Assembly (NCBI GenBank): GCA_951406725.2
Contig: OX597825.1
Coordinates: 28,272,001 to 28,336,000 of the forward strand
Origin: Octopus vulgaris
Taxonomy: Eukaryota
Reading direction: 5' to 3'
DNA length: 64,000 nucleotides
Part shown: one piece after another, positions 12,345 through 24,640 of the stretch
Layout: every line of letters begins with the position of its first letter
How positions within the stretch are numbered: the stretch's first letter is position 1
Program-made: the position numbers and the translations under genes
The notes under the pieces: model-generated
The model's database searches: none
What the model saw: the letters and a program-made list of their open reading frames with translations, nothing else
What the model was told of the DNA's origin: nothing

Positions 12345-12900
12345 TATTAGACAAAAACAGATAACAAAACCAAGTCTGTGAGGAGATCTCAGGACATTTA
12401 TAAGGTAACTGATGTAGTCTTACAGGTGTTTCTGGGATATTATGGATACTACTTCATTAGACACGGTGTAAGAGAGGTAAAAGGTTGAGTTCGAAATAAA
12501 GAATTATTATGGAGAAGGAGGAGAGACGGGAAAATAGAGGGAAATAAGAGAATGAAAGTAGAAACAACGTATAATATATTGTAGCTGCAGTTCCGTTATT
12601 CGAGTAAAGTGATGTATAGAAGTGGTAAAAATGTTTCTGTATATGGTATGAAAGTTCCGATAGTAGTTCGTGTTATGTTACTTCTACTTTCATTCTCTTA
12701 TTCCCCTCTATATTCCCTATCTCCTCTTTTTCCATAATACTTCCTCATTTCAAACCCAAACATTTACCTCTCTCACATCGTCGCTGATGAAAGGATATTC
12801 ATAATATCCCAGAAACGGCTGTAAGACTATATACCTTTCCTTATAAATGCCTTGAAAACTTCTCACAGCCTTGGCTTCGTTATCTGTTTTCGTCTTATAC
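12345..12900. mobile_element. inverted pair of Penelope-type pLTR segments, each with a hammerhead motif
   Basis: ~12345-12575 is the diverged reverse complement of ~12670-12900. Plus copy: CTGATGA-AA-GGATATT(CAT)AATATCC-CA-GAAA-CGGCTG-TA-AGAC (12784-12828). Minus copy at ~12417-12464 has CTAATGA. Confidence 0.7.
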
Positions 12901-12902
12901 AT

Positions 12903-12955
<53 letters not shown>

Positions 12956-12957
<2 letters not shown>

Positions 12958-13114
12958 GGCGTTGCTGTGTGGTAAGTAGCTTGCTTCCCAGCCACATGGT
13001 TCCGGGTTCAGTCCCACTGCGTGGCATCTTCGGCAAGCGCTTTCTACTATAGCCTCCAGCCGATCAAAGCCTGGTGAGTGGATTTGGTAGACGGAAACTG
13101 AAAGAAGCCCTCCG

Positions 13115-13184
<70 letters not shown>

Positions 13185-13385
13185 TGTGTCTGTGTTTGTC
13201 CCCCCACCATCGCTAGACAACCGTTGGTATGTGTTTACGTCCCCGTAACTTAGCGGTTCAGCAAGAGAGACCAATAGAACAAGTACTAGGCTTACAGAGA
13301 ATAAGTCCTGGTGTCGATTTGTTCGACCAGCCGCATTGCTCCAGCATGGCCGCAGTCAAATGACTGAAACAAGTAAAAGAATAAA
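12956..13385 (+). mobile_element. tRNA-headed SINE with an internal (TA)n(TG)n microsatellite (family C)
   Basis: GCTGTGTGGTAAGTAGCTTGCT..GGGTTCAGTCCC head; tail ..CAGCATGGCCGCAGTCAAATGACTGAAACAAGTAAAAGA; many copies in the window. Confidence 0.88.
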
Positions 13386-13713
13386 AAAAAAATGAAAAAA
13401 AAAATATATTGGAAAAGTAAGGTACCGGAATACCACTTGCTAGAAAGAGAAGTTAACTCTCCTAAGCCATAATCGTATTAATACTTTATGAAATTATATA
13501 TTGTATTAAATTTTATATATGTTCGTTTTTGAATGTTGCGGGGGCATCAGGAGGAACAAAAGCGCACGACGTAATGTAATATGAAAAATAGATAAATACA
13601 GTAAGCTTGGCTTCATTTAAGACCATGCGTTGAAAGTGAAATTTTTACATCATGTAAGAGATATTTTCGTTATATAAAATCACAAAAGAGTCTTAAATTT
13701 GTTGTTGTTATTA

Positions 13714-13762
<49 letters not shown>

Positions 13763-13771
13763 CATTATTGA

Positions 13772-14060
13772 AGGCCCATGGCTCAGTGGTTAGAGCGTAG
13801 AGCTTACGATCGTGAGGTTGTGAGTTCTATTCCCGGACCGGTCTGCTTGTGGTGTTCTTGAGCAAGACACTTTATTTCACGTTACTCCAGTTAACTTAGC
13901 TGTAGAAATGAGTTGCGACATCACTGGTGCCACGCTGTATCAGCCTTTGCTTTTCCTTTGGATAACCTCAGTGGTGTGGAGAGGGGAAGCTTGTATGCAT
14001 GGGTGACTGCTGGTCTTCCATAAGCAACCTTGCCCAGACTTGTGACTAGGAGGGTAACTT
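13772..14060 (+). mobile_element. tRNA-derived SINE sharing its central block with family B
   Basis: TGGCTCAGTGGTTAGAGCG A-box, GAGTTCTATTCC B-box; GTGTTCTTGAGCAAGACACTTTATTTCACGTT.CTCCAGT shared with 21373-21620. Confidence 0.75.
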
Positions 14061-14083
14061 TCTTCTTCTTCTTCTTCTTCTTC

Positions 14084-14147
<64 letters not shown>

Positions 14148-14360
14148 AGCGGCGAGCAGGTAGAATCGTTAGCACACCGGGCGAAATGCTTAGCAGTATT
14201 TCGTCTGCCGCTACGTTCTGAGTTCAAATTCCAACGAAGTTGACTTTACCTTTCATCCTTTCGGGGTCGATAAAATGAGTACCAGTTGAATACTGAGGTG
14301 GATGCAATCAGCATATCCCCTTGCCCAAAATTCCTGCTCTTGAGTCAAAATTTGGAACCA
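14148..14360 (+). mobile_element. SINE family D (Meta-domain-like core), variant tail
   Basis: GCGGCGAGCAGGTAGAATCGTTAGCAC..GAGTTCAAATTCC..CCTTTCATCCTTTCGGGGTCGATAAAATGAGTACCAG. Confidence 0.75.
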
Positions 14361-14363
14361 TAA

Positions 14364-14412
<49 letters not shown>

Positions 14413-14415
14413 CAT

Positions 14416-14791
14416 TGGAAGTACTCCGTCGGTTACGACGACGAGGGTTCCGGTTGATCCGATCAACGGAACAGCCTGCTCGTGAAATTAACGTGTAAGT
14501 GGCTGAGCACTCCACAGACACGTGTACCCTTAACGTAGTTCTCGGGGATATTCAGCGTGACACAGAGAGTGACAAGGCCGGCCCTTTGAAATACAGGTAC
14601 AACAGAAACAGGAAGTAAGAGTGAGAGTTGTGGTGAAAGAGTACAGCAGGGATCACCACCATCCGTGCCGGAGCCTCGTGGAGCTTTAGGTGTTTTCGCT
14701 CAATAAACACTCACAACGCCCAGTCTGGGAATCGAAACTGCGATCCTACGACCGCGAGTTCGCTGCCCTAACCACTGGGCCATTGCGCCTC
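14416..14791 (-). mobile_element. tRNA(Arg)-like SINE family A, full length, inside (TTA)n
   Basis: Reverse complement of 60229-60625 along its whole length. Confidence 0.9.
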
Positions 14792-14843
<52 letters not shown>

Positions 14844-16123
14844 GAAGTGAATGTTTCAGAATTGTGTAATGAACACTCATACCTTTCTATTATGGAGTTG
14901 TGTCACTGACTTGATTATAGTTGTGCTAAGAATATTCTAAAAACTCAAGAAATAAATCATCATTAATTTTAAAGGATTTCGATTTTTAAAAAAATTACTT
15001 GCCAGTGTGCATTTTGAATTTTCTTTTAGTATCCTGAAAAACAAGGGAATGGTGGAAAAAATTAACGTACGAAGCATTACGTGTCTTGGACATGACAACG
15101 GTTGTTTCTAAAAGAGCCTGGCTAATGAAGTCAAAATTGTGCCAGTGATATATCACAATGCGTTAAGGAAAATGCACTTGATCGATCTTGTACTGCAATA
15201 CACGTAATTTTCATCGCTTCGGTTAACTTCATATTAACCTGGCTCTGAAGATGTTTTACACATGACGGTTAGTTGCGAACACTTAGTAGTATGAACTAGT
15301 TTAATTTCGTGCAGCGGTTTTAGTTTCAAGTTTTTCAACAGCAAGAAAACGAATTGTTTTGTAAAAAAATAAAATAACTGAAATAATTCAAACTCTTCAG
15401 TTCCAAAAAGGAAATTTATTTTTCAACTCTATAAACTAAAAATAAAGGGAATAAGCACCAGAAGGTAACACACTTCCATGGTAATCAGTTTTAAAAGAAA
15501 TAATAATATCCATTTTCTTGTAGATACCATGAGGAAAGATTTCCAATAAATTTGGGCTGTGCCAATTTTTTTCCCCCTTGCCAATTGCAAAGTCATGTAA
15601 TATCTTTTGAGTTTAGGCATGAGAATATGCATAACAAAAATCTGCGTATATCAGAGCTTGTATGAAAATTAAAATAAGGAAAAAAATGTTACGCCTCACA
15701 GGACACGGAAAATGTGAACCGAAGGCTGTGTTTCCACCAGGAAGAAGCACGTAAATGTCAATCAAATGTAGCCTCAATTCCAGTAAAGTTTGGGTTATTA
15801 TGTTTTAAAAGAAGAAATTCACAATTTATTGGAGAATACTAGAGTGAAATCAATTTTGGTGAAAATGTTAATTCTCTCTCACACGACTCTGAATTACACA
15901 CTAGCACAAATCACACCACTATAATGAATAATGAATGTTTTCGTGCATAATAATTTATATTGCATGCGCCAGGTGCACAGTAAAGTGCATAATTTGCTGA
16001 ACAGAGTGTGTATTGCTTTCCTTAATCTCTACTTCGGTGTTAACATTTCATGCTTCAAGCTCGAGGCATTAAATATACACACTACACATACACACATACG
16101 CATAAACATACACACACTGGTAT

Positions 16124-16184
<61 letters not shown>

Positions 16185-17508
16185 TATATGTATTTATAAA
16201 TATATATATATATATATATATATACATACATACATACACTTGTATATAACTATATACATCTCTATTTATATGTATATAGTATATAAAATATATATATATA
16301 TATGTATGTATATATATATACATGCGTGTGTATAAGTCTATGTATATGTATTTATACAGAGAGAGAGAGAGAGATGTACATGTGCACAACATATACGTGT
16401 TTTAATGTTTTTGCTTGTTTCTTTTATGTTGTCCTTATTGCTGTTACCTCAAACACTCAGCATTATTTAGTTTTAGAGCAAGGAATTACTCGCTTTCTTT
16501 TGATTTTCCTTGTTTTTATCTTATGGGGCAAGTGTAAAAAAAAAAAAATAATAAATCAAGGAAAGGAAAAAGAAAAGAAAATTAAGAATCTCAAAACTAA
16601 AACAAAACTAAAGTTACCAAAACGAAGCATTGATTAGAAATCGTGTTTACTTCATCTGCTGAAATAATCTCCAGGGAATTTGTAGTAATTCCACTACTTA
16701 GGCTAAAACACGCATTATTACAGCCAGTTCCAGTGAACAATTCCTTTCGATAAGCTAACTCTTTTCTATGGCAGAGAACTTCTGGACGCGCACGTTTTCG
16801 CTCCTTATTCAATTCTATCCAATGTAACATTGCCCAAATACCTTTGTAGGTTTACGTTTTAATGAATAGTTAATACTCTTATTGACTTGTAACAGGAACA
16901 TTACATATTAAGAAGCAGGAATTAACTGGTTAACCGCATCAGTAGCACATCAACTAAACATTGAAAGTAAATGCACGAAGATTCGGGTCACTATTGAACT
17001 GAAAGTAATCAAAGATCATCGACTTTATTAAGATTACTCTTAATGCCAGTAGATTGACAGCATCGTTAGAATCTCAAAGAGAATTCCCTGTAGCATTCCT
17101 TCCGGCTTTATACTATCTGGGTTCAAAACCGACTGATGTCAGCTTCGCTTTTCATACTTCCGTTGTCGATAAAATTACGTTCTCGTCAAGCGATGAGACT
17201 GATATCCATCGACTGAACCGTGCCTCTAGTGTTTATGTTGTGTGCCATGGTTAGAGACACTTAGTATTGTTTTCTTTACTAGTAACAGAGGCTCAGCAGA
17301 GCGACAATAAAATAATGTCTGTTGAAATGGAGACTTACAAATAAGTTTGGCGTTGGGCACAGATGTTATAAAAAATGAAGGAAGGTGACAAAATCTTTAT
17401 CAATTGAAATGGAGAATAACTCAAAACTCTTATCTTTTTTTACTTGTTTCATTAGACTGCAATCATGCTGGAACACAGCTTTGACGAGTTTAGTAGATCA
17501 ACTTAAAT

Positions 17509-17558
<50 letters not shown>

Positions 17559-17561
17559 TAT

Positions 17562-17596
<35 letters not shown>

Positions 17597-17599
<3 letters not shown>

Positions 17600-17743
17600 T
17601 AAAATTAATCAAAGGACATACTAAGTATGTCTACCCGCTTGAAATAACAGTCAAAACTCTTATTTTAATCGATTAAATAAGAGTTTTGACTGTTATTTGA
17701 AGCAGGTAGACATACTTAGTATGTCCTTTGATTAATTTTAATC
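17597..17743. repeat. near-perfect palindrome, ~70-bp arms, no spacer
   Basis: GATTAAAATTAATCAAAGGACATACTAAGTATGTCTACC...ATCGAT...GGTAGACATACTTAGTATGTCCTTTGATTAATTTTAATC. Confidence 0.9.
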
Positions 17744-17850
17744 CCTCGGCTATTTAATGCTATTTTTTAGCCTGCTATCGCCAGTGTCATTGATTCTGTT
17801 ATTATCATTTTTTAAATAGTTACATTGGATAATAATAATGAAACCTTCGT

Positions 17851-17920
<70 letters not shown>

Positions 17921-17924
<4 letters not shown>

Positions 17925-18486
17925 GTTGTCCGGAAAGTTCGTGCCGATTTTTAAAGGAAAGGAAAAGGTCAATAAATATTTGCCATTACATTTTTAATCA
18001 ACCAAATATGAACCATTTTGTTACACAATGCGTCTCCATCTTTCCTTTAACGTGAAAATACCCTCTTCCCAGAATTGAGGTGGTTTCATGACAAAGAATT
18101 CCTCGAGGTATCTTTTTACGTCATACAAGGAATTGAAATCTTTTACCATTAAGACTATTCTGCAGACACCTGAATAAGTGGAAATCCGAAGGAGCAATAT
18201 CTGGTGAATATGGAGGATGGTGTAACACATCCCAGCCGAGCTGCAGCAATTTTTGTCTGGTTCCCAAAGCATCAAGTTCCGAAAATGAACTTTCTTATCT
18301 TCCATTTTAAAGGGATACAGAATTAACACAGGTTATAGGAACATAAACATTCTTCCGCGAAAAGATAGATTAAACTGTGCTCTCAATGGAGGTGTAGTCA
18401 AATCCTATTTTATGGACTCAACCATGTTCTGAAACAAGTCCAAACGTAATTTACTATAAATCGGCACGATCTTTCCAACAACCCAA
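17921..18486 (-). mobile_element. second copy of the internally deleted mariner element
   Basis: Same TIRs, length and deletion junction (MEDKKVHF..LMLW/EPDK) as 8232-8799; inserted in (TA)n. Confidence 0.92.
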
Positions 18487-18864
18487 TATATATCTACATA
18501 TATATACATATATCAGTAAAGATGCTAGTTCTAAAATCTCTCTAAGAGATCATAGCAGTAGTTATACTGACAAGTAATATTCGTAGCCATTTTAACATTG
18601 CTGTCCATTCGAGCGGACTCTACTGCGATTTTTAACCCCTCTAGCTGGTTAACGATGTACAGCTGCATCCAACAAAATATTACTTGTAAGTACAACTATT
18701 GCGTTGTTCTATTAATAGATAAATGAAGACATTACAGCATCAGAAAAAAACTGTTTTCATCCGGTGAATACACGAATCACAACATTCAAGAACATTCGAA
18801 AGCCAACAGTTTGTGTCACTTCGTGATTCTTTGAGCATTATTGGTCATAGAATGATTTTGTTTA

Positions 18865-19109
18865 CTCTGTTACTCTTTTACTTGTTTCAGTCATTTGACT
18901 GCGGCCATGCTGGAGCACCGCCTTTAGTCGGGCAAATCGACCCCAGGACTTATTCTTTGTAAGCCTAGTACTTATTCTATTGGTCTCTTTTGCCGAACCG
19001 CTAAGTTACGGGGAAGTAAACACACCAGCATCGTTTGCCAAGCGATGTTGGGGGGACAAACACAGACACACAAACACATACATATACACATACGTATACA
19101 TCTATAAAC

Positions 19110-19140
<31 letters not shown>

Positions 19141-19569
19141 GTCCCAAAAAAATATATACACACTTTAGCAGCTGATTACTCATTTGATATTTTTTCTTTC
19201 CAGATGAAACCTATTGGATTTAATGATGGCAGTCAGATTAAGCTTTGAACAAAGAAAATTCATTCTAAAAGGATACTGGAAGTGCGAAAATGTAGTTGAA
19301 GTGCAAAAACAGTTAAAGTATGCATACATTTTTGGGGGAAAGCCTGTATATATATATATACAGGGTGTCCCCAAAAAATGTATGCATACTCTAACTGTTT
19401 TTGCACTTCAACTGCATTTTCACACTTCCATTATCATTTTAGAATTAATTTTCTTTGTTCAAAGCTTAATCATTAAATCCAATAGGTTTCATCTGGAAAG
19501 AAAAAATATCAAATGAGTTATCAGGTGCTAAAGTGTGTATACATTTTTTGGGACACCCTGTATATATAT

Positions 19570-19635
<66 letters not shown>

Positions 19636-19886
19636 GAAACATGTATTTTTGTGGTTGAAACCTTTTGGATTAACTGGTGCAGAGTGAGCCATATATAGTG
19701 ACCACTCTCTTATATTTATTATATATATATACATATATATGACGGGCTTCTTTCAGTTCCCGTCTACCAAATCCACTCACAAGGCTTTAGTCGGCACGAG
19801 GTTATAGTAGTAGACACTTGCCCAAGGTGCCAGCAGATGGACTGATCCCGGAACGAGGCTACTTATCACACACCCACTCCTTTCTT

Positions 19887-19890
<4 letters not shown>
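18865..19890 (-). mobile_element. SINE family C interrupted within its internal microsatellite
   Basis: Tail half at 18865-19075, head half at 19738-19890; a MITE pair lies between them. Confidence 0.8.
19135..19560. mobile_element. two ~200-bp Tc1/mariner MITEs in inverted orientation retaining a transposase N-terminus
   Basis: TIR CAGGGTGTCCCAAAAAATGTAT..; copies at 19135-19346 and 19361-19560 around (TA)n; MAVRLSFEQRKFILKGYWKCENVVEVQKQ resembles the N-terminal HTH (DUF4817-like) of Tc1/mariner transposases. Confidence 0.8.
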
Positions 19891-19933
<43 letters not shown>

Positions 19934-21260
19934 TATATATATATGTATGTATGTATGTATGTACGTATGAATATGAGATACAATATATAGTGAAATAAAC
20001 CAAGTTCAATTTTTTTTAAATATACATATTGGGTATAAGGTCATAAACTTATCAAATGACATGAAAGTATGTCAGTGGCCTTTGTTGAGTTTGCGAAGTC
20101 TTTTATTACGGAATTGTATTTTGATTTACTTAAAATATTCCGTTATCCGTCGACTTTTTTGTTCTTATTTTACATATCCCAAATGTATATTGAAAATGAA
20201 GTGTCGTTATTATCTCTGTGAGCTTTCGAAATGTATTTTTATGTTGTCTGATACTGAATATAAATTACTCTGTGGTATGACAATATCTGTCTTAAACAAG
20301 GTGTTGGATCGTGAATTATGCTGATATTTAATATCTATAACTTAACATTTAGGATCAAAAGACAAAGTTTAACGTAAATGTAATTCGTAGGGAATTGTTT
20401 GGCGGTGCTCTGCCTAAATTCAGTTCGATTGGATGAATCATTGTTTTTAATGGAATGGAGTGCAGTAGAGTATTGTATTCATTTTTGTAATGCTTAAGCG
20501 TGATTAATTCACTAATTTAGTTATCAAGGCTACCTTCCAGCGTATTTTTACTAAAATCAGTGACTTGTAATGAGCCGCTTTCTCATTACTAAAACTGCAA
20601 TATTGGTTGATTTAAATTCGTGGTCTCACCAGCTCAAGTATGCGGACGTCCACTTAGCTAAATCTTACGCTAAAGAATCAGCCAAATTTTAAACAACGTT
20701 GATCAACAATTATATACATTGTTGGATTAGCCACTGACGTTTAAATGGTTGAAATATGAAATATTTTATGATTGCATCAATAAACTATTTTAAGAGTTGT
20801 TAAGTGTAGCTGTTTATTTAGATATTTCATGGACTTTTCTCTCCGCCACGCAATTTCGATACACATTAAATGCTCAATGTTTGTATTGTATTTTATTTTT
20901 CATATTTGAAATTCCAGACGTATACTGAGATTTAATTTTTTCCATGCAGAAGTCAACATTGGATATTTCTCTGTCAGTTTTTTTTTCTATAATTATTGGA
21001 CCATCTGTGGACATATTACACGTCGCCACTTATTTTTCTGACGTTACTGTCACTAAAGAGAACTAATAAAATCTAATCAAAAGCAGGATTATCTTCCCGT
21101 CTCATTGAATAATACAATTTATCTTGATCTAATGTTCGGGTTAATACCTCCGACAACAACCACCACAACATGTCTTTACTAAATCATACAGGGTAACGTA
21201 AATATTACTATTAGGAGTTGGTGTTGATATGAATTTCCAGTGTTGCCTTTGTGACTGTTG

Positions 21261-21292
<32 letters not shown>

Positions 21293-21372
21293 GGTGGTGT
21301 TGTTTGTTTCAAGCTCGTCCTTCACCGAACCCATTCGTTTCTTTATATATATACTATACTGTTTTATGAACG

Positions 21373-21620
21373 TGGAGGCGTGTGGCTTAGTGGTTAGTGT
21401 GTCTGCACCATGATCGTAAGATTATGGTTTCGATTCCTGGACCGGGCGACGCGTTGTGTTCTTGAGCAAAACATTTCATTTCACGTTGCTCCAGTCTACT
21501 CAGCAGGCAAAAATAAGTAACGCTGCGATTGACTGGCGTCCCGTCCAGATGGGGAACACATACGCCATAGAAACCGGGAAACCGGGCCCATGAACCTGGC
21601 TAGGCTTTAAAAAAGGGCGC
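21373..21620 (+). mobile_element. tRNA-derived SINE family B
   Basis: GGAGGCGTGTGGCTTAGTGGTTAG..GGTTTCGATTCC; a second copy lies at 10165-10410. Confidence 0.82.
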
Positions 21621-22200
21621 ATTTATTTATTTTACGTTTTATGAACAGTAGTTTTGCATGTCGCAGTATTCCAATAGACCACTCTCTATTTAGCGATTCT
21701 AACAGAAGTGAATGAGATGTCTTGTTACTCAAGATATTTTTGTTGAAAAGGTAATTATTTCGTTGCAGACTTGAACATGAGATCGATAAATACGTCATCC
21801 TAGCAGTTATGTTGTAAAAAAGCCTAATCTCACTGCGTCATTGGTTATAATTTATTGTCAGCGGGAAGAGAAAATACGTAATTCTGATATGATCTGAATT
21901 CGGAGTTTAAGAATGTCTTGTCGTTGAATACTGCAATATTGTCAAGGAGCATCGGTCTGTGAGGAATAACATCGAAATGAATTTCGAATATCATCTGGTT
22001 TAAACAAAGTGACATGGGTAAATGGAGACACTGGTCATACAAAAATATTTCATGGATGGAATAATAGCATCGTGGTTAGGAAGGTTTACTTCGCAATAAA
22101 CAATCGCCGATTTCCATTCGACTGTGCGGCACATCCTACTTCATTGAAAGTTTTAAAAGAATATCGCGGTGACAATTTTATTGCATTTAGGTGCAAGAGT

Positions 22201-22617
22201 CGATCGTTTCGGTTTGAACGGCAGTTTTTTAAAATAATTTCCACGTAACTAAACACTTTTAAACTTCGTATACTGGTAGAATGTGTTTATAAAACATCTT
22301 TTTCTCTTGGCTTTATCGAGAAAATTCTATAGTTTGTAAGATATTTGTTGTTGTTTTTTTCTTCAATTTCTGCAATTTCAACCAATCAATGACGTCTATT
22401 GAGGTAAAAAAAAACATTCTGTGCCATATGAATATGTGCCTCGTTTAAGAAACAGATTGGGCTTATTTACATTTGTGAAGAAAAACAGATACCCTTCCCC
22501 CCACCCCTAACCCTAAAACTGATTGAAATGCAATAGATCGATACTAGAGTCATAATTATGGGTGACAATTTCATATGACACCGCTAGAAAAAACTGCCAT
22601 TGATACCGAAAAGATCG
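22201..22617. mobile_element. non-autonomous DNA transposon with an 8-bp TSD
   Basis: TIRs CGATCGTTTCGGT..GGCAGTTTTTT / AAAAAACTGCC..ACCGAAAAGATCG; TSD GCAAGAGT at 22193-22200 and 22618-22625; internal CCCTAACCCTAA. Confidence 0.85.
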
Positions 22618-23467
22618 GCAAGAGTCTTTAAGTTATTCAAAGCTGGAACGCCTTTAATCAAGTATCTACTCAACCAGAACAGGCCCAGGGTTACACAACG
22701 ACAAATTTAGAAAGAAGTATTCAGTGCTGGGCATACATTTCTAGAGAATTTTTTTTCTCTCGTTTTCGTTAGTTCCTTAAAATTAGTTTGACGTTGTCCT
22801 GATCGAACAGACATATCGGTCGAATGAGTTCCAGGAAATATGTATTGATCAACCAGGACAGATATTTTTTTTTCTTTTAGTACAACAGCCTGGCTTAAAT
22901 CGTAATTTCAGAACATTTTATTTGTTATTACTGTTTATCCACGGTTAATCTCTATTCAAATCCATTCCTGTTGTGACAATCATGTCTTTACTTTTTAAAA
23001 CAGAGTTTATCTATGCGAATCATTCACGTATTTCTCTCACCAACAAAATTCGACGTGATTTGAGTACTTTTTCGCTATCATTTCGCTAGTCTGTCCGCCA
23101 TGTCATACGACGACATAAAGAAAAAAAACACAGCTGGCTCTTTATAAATGGTGACGTTGGTGTTGGCTGGTGTTAGTTCGGGGGTCGACGATAGTATAAA
23201 CGGTAGAAGTTTTCTTCGTTCTGGTATCATTGTTGATTATAATGATTCTGATGATGGCTTCCATGGTGTCGGCAGGAGTGAATGAGATGTGTTGGAAACT
23301 GATAGGTGTGATGGTGAAGTTGGTGACGATGGTGGTGGTTACGAATATGGCATTAACGATAGCGTTCCTCGTGGAGGTGGTAGTGGTAGTGGAGGGGTTC
23401 ACGACGGAGTTTCCAAAGATTTCGATCATATAGTTGTGAAAACAGATTTCGCAAATGGTAGCAGTAA

Positions 23468-23695
23468 AGAGCTGGCAGAAACGTTAGCACGCCGGGCGAA
23501 ATGCTTAACGGTATTTCGCTTGTCGTTACGTTGTGAGTTCAAATTCCGCCGAGGTTGACTTTGCCTTTCATCCTTTCGGGATCGATAAATTAAGTACCAG
23601 TTACGCACTGGGGTCGATGTAATCGACTTAATACCTATGTCTGTCCTTGTTTGTCCCCTCTATGTTTAGCCCCTTGTGGGTAATAAAGAAATAGG
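23468..23695 (+). mobile_element. SINE family D
   Basis: GAGCTGGCAGAAACGTTAGCACGCCGGGCGAAATGC...GGGTAATAAAGAAATAG. Confidence 0.88.
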
Positions 23696-23894
23696 TATTC
23701 GTAGGGGTAGGTCATGTTAAAAAAAATACTGTCGAGAATACGGTTAGTTGTTGCTGTATTTGTTTTTGTTGTTGTTGTTGTAGTGCTGGTGGTGGAGGTG
23801 GTGGCGGTGGTAGCGGTGGCGGTGGTGGTGGTGGTCATCGTTGTCGTACTTACGATAATGACGAAGTCGAACATGACTGGGTAACGATAACGTC

Positions 23895-24056
23895 GACGAC
23901 GACGACAATGGCGACGACGACAATGGCGACGACGACAATGGCGACGACGACAATGGCGACGACGACAATGGCGACGACGACAATGGCGACGACGACAATG
24001 GCGACGACGACAATGGCGACGACGACAATGGCGACGACGACAATGGCGACGACGAC
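23895..24056. repeat. 15-bp minisatellite (GACGACGACAATGGC)n, about 10 perfect copies
   Basis: Directly visible. Confidence 0.95.
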
Positions 24057-24195
24057 GTGAAGGAGGCGAAGGAGGATGATTTTATGTCTCGGTCTTGAGA
24101 GTGAAGTAGTTTTGTTGTTGCCAGCCGCCATTTAGAAAAAAAAAGAAAATTAAATTTGGTGAATGTGTGACACACATATGACTGAATGTGTGTGC

Positions 24196-24238
<43 letters not shown>

Positions 24239-24329
24239 CGTGTGTGCGCATGTGCATGCGTGTAAACATGTTACAAACACGACATGGTGCGATTAATCAG
24301 GTCGTAAAATAACAATAGAAAAAAACGGA

Positions 24330-24394
<65 letters not shown>

Positions 24395-24415
24395 CGCACA
24401 TACATATATATATAC

Positions 24416-24465
<50 letters not shown>

Positions 24466-24551
24466 ATGTACATTTATATATATATATGTCTGTATATATA
24501 TATATATATACATACATATATATATACATACATATATATATACACATATAT

Positions 24552-24640
<89 letters not shown>

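Noticed and set aside
23895-24056. CRISPR array or acidic (DDDNG)n protein exon
   Set aside because: No spacers and a eukaryotic context; the frame has an upstream stop and no start or splice signals.
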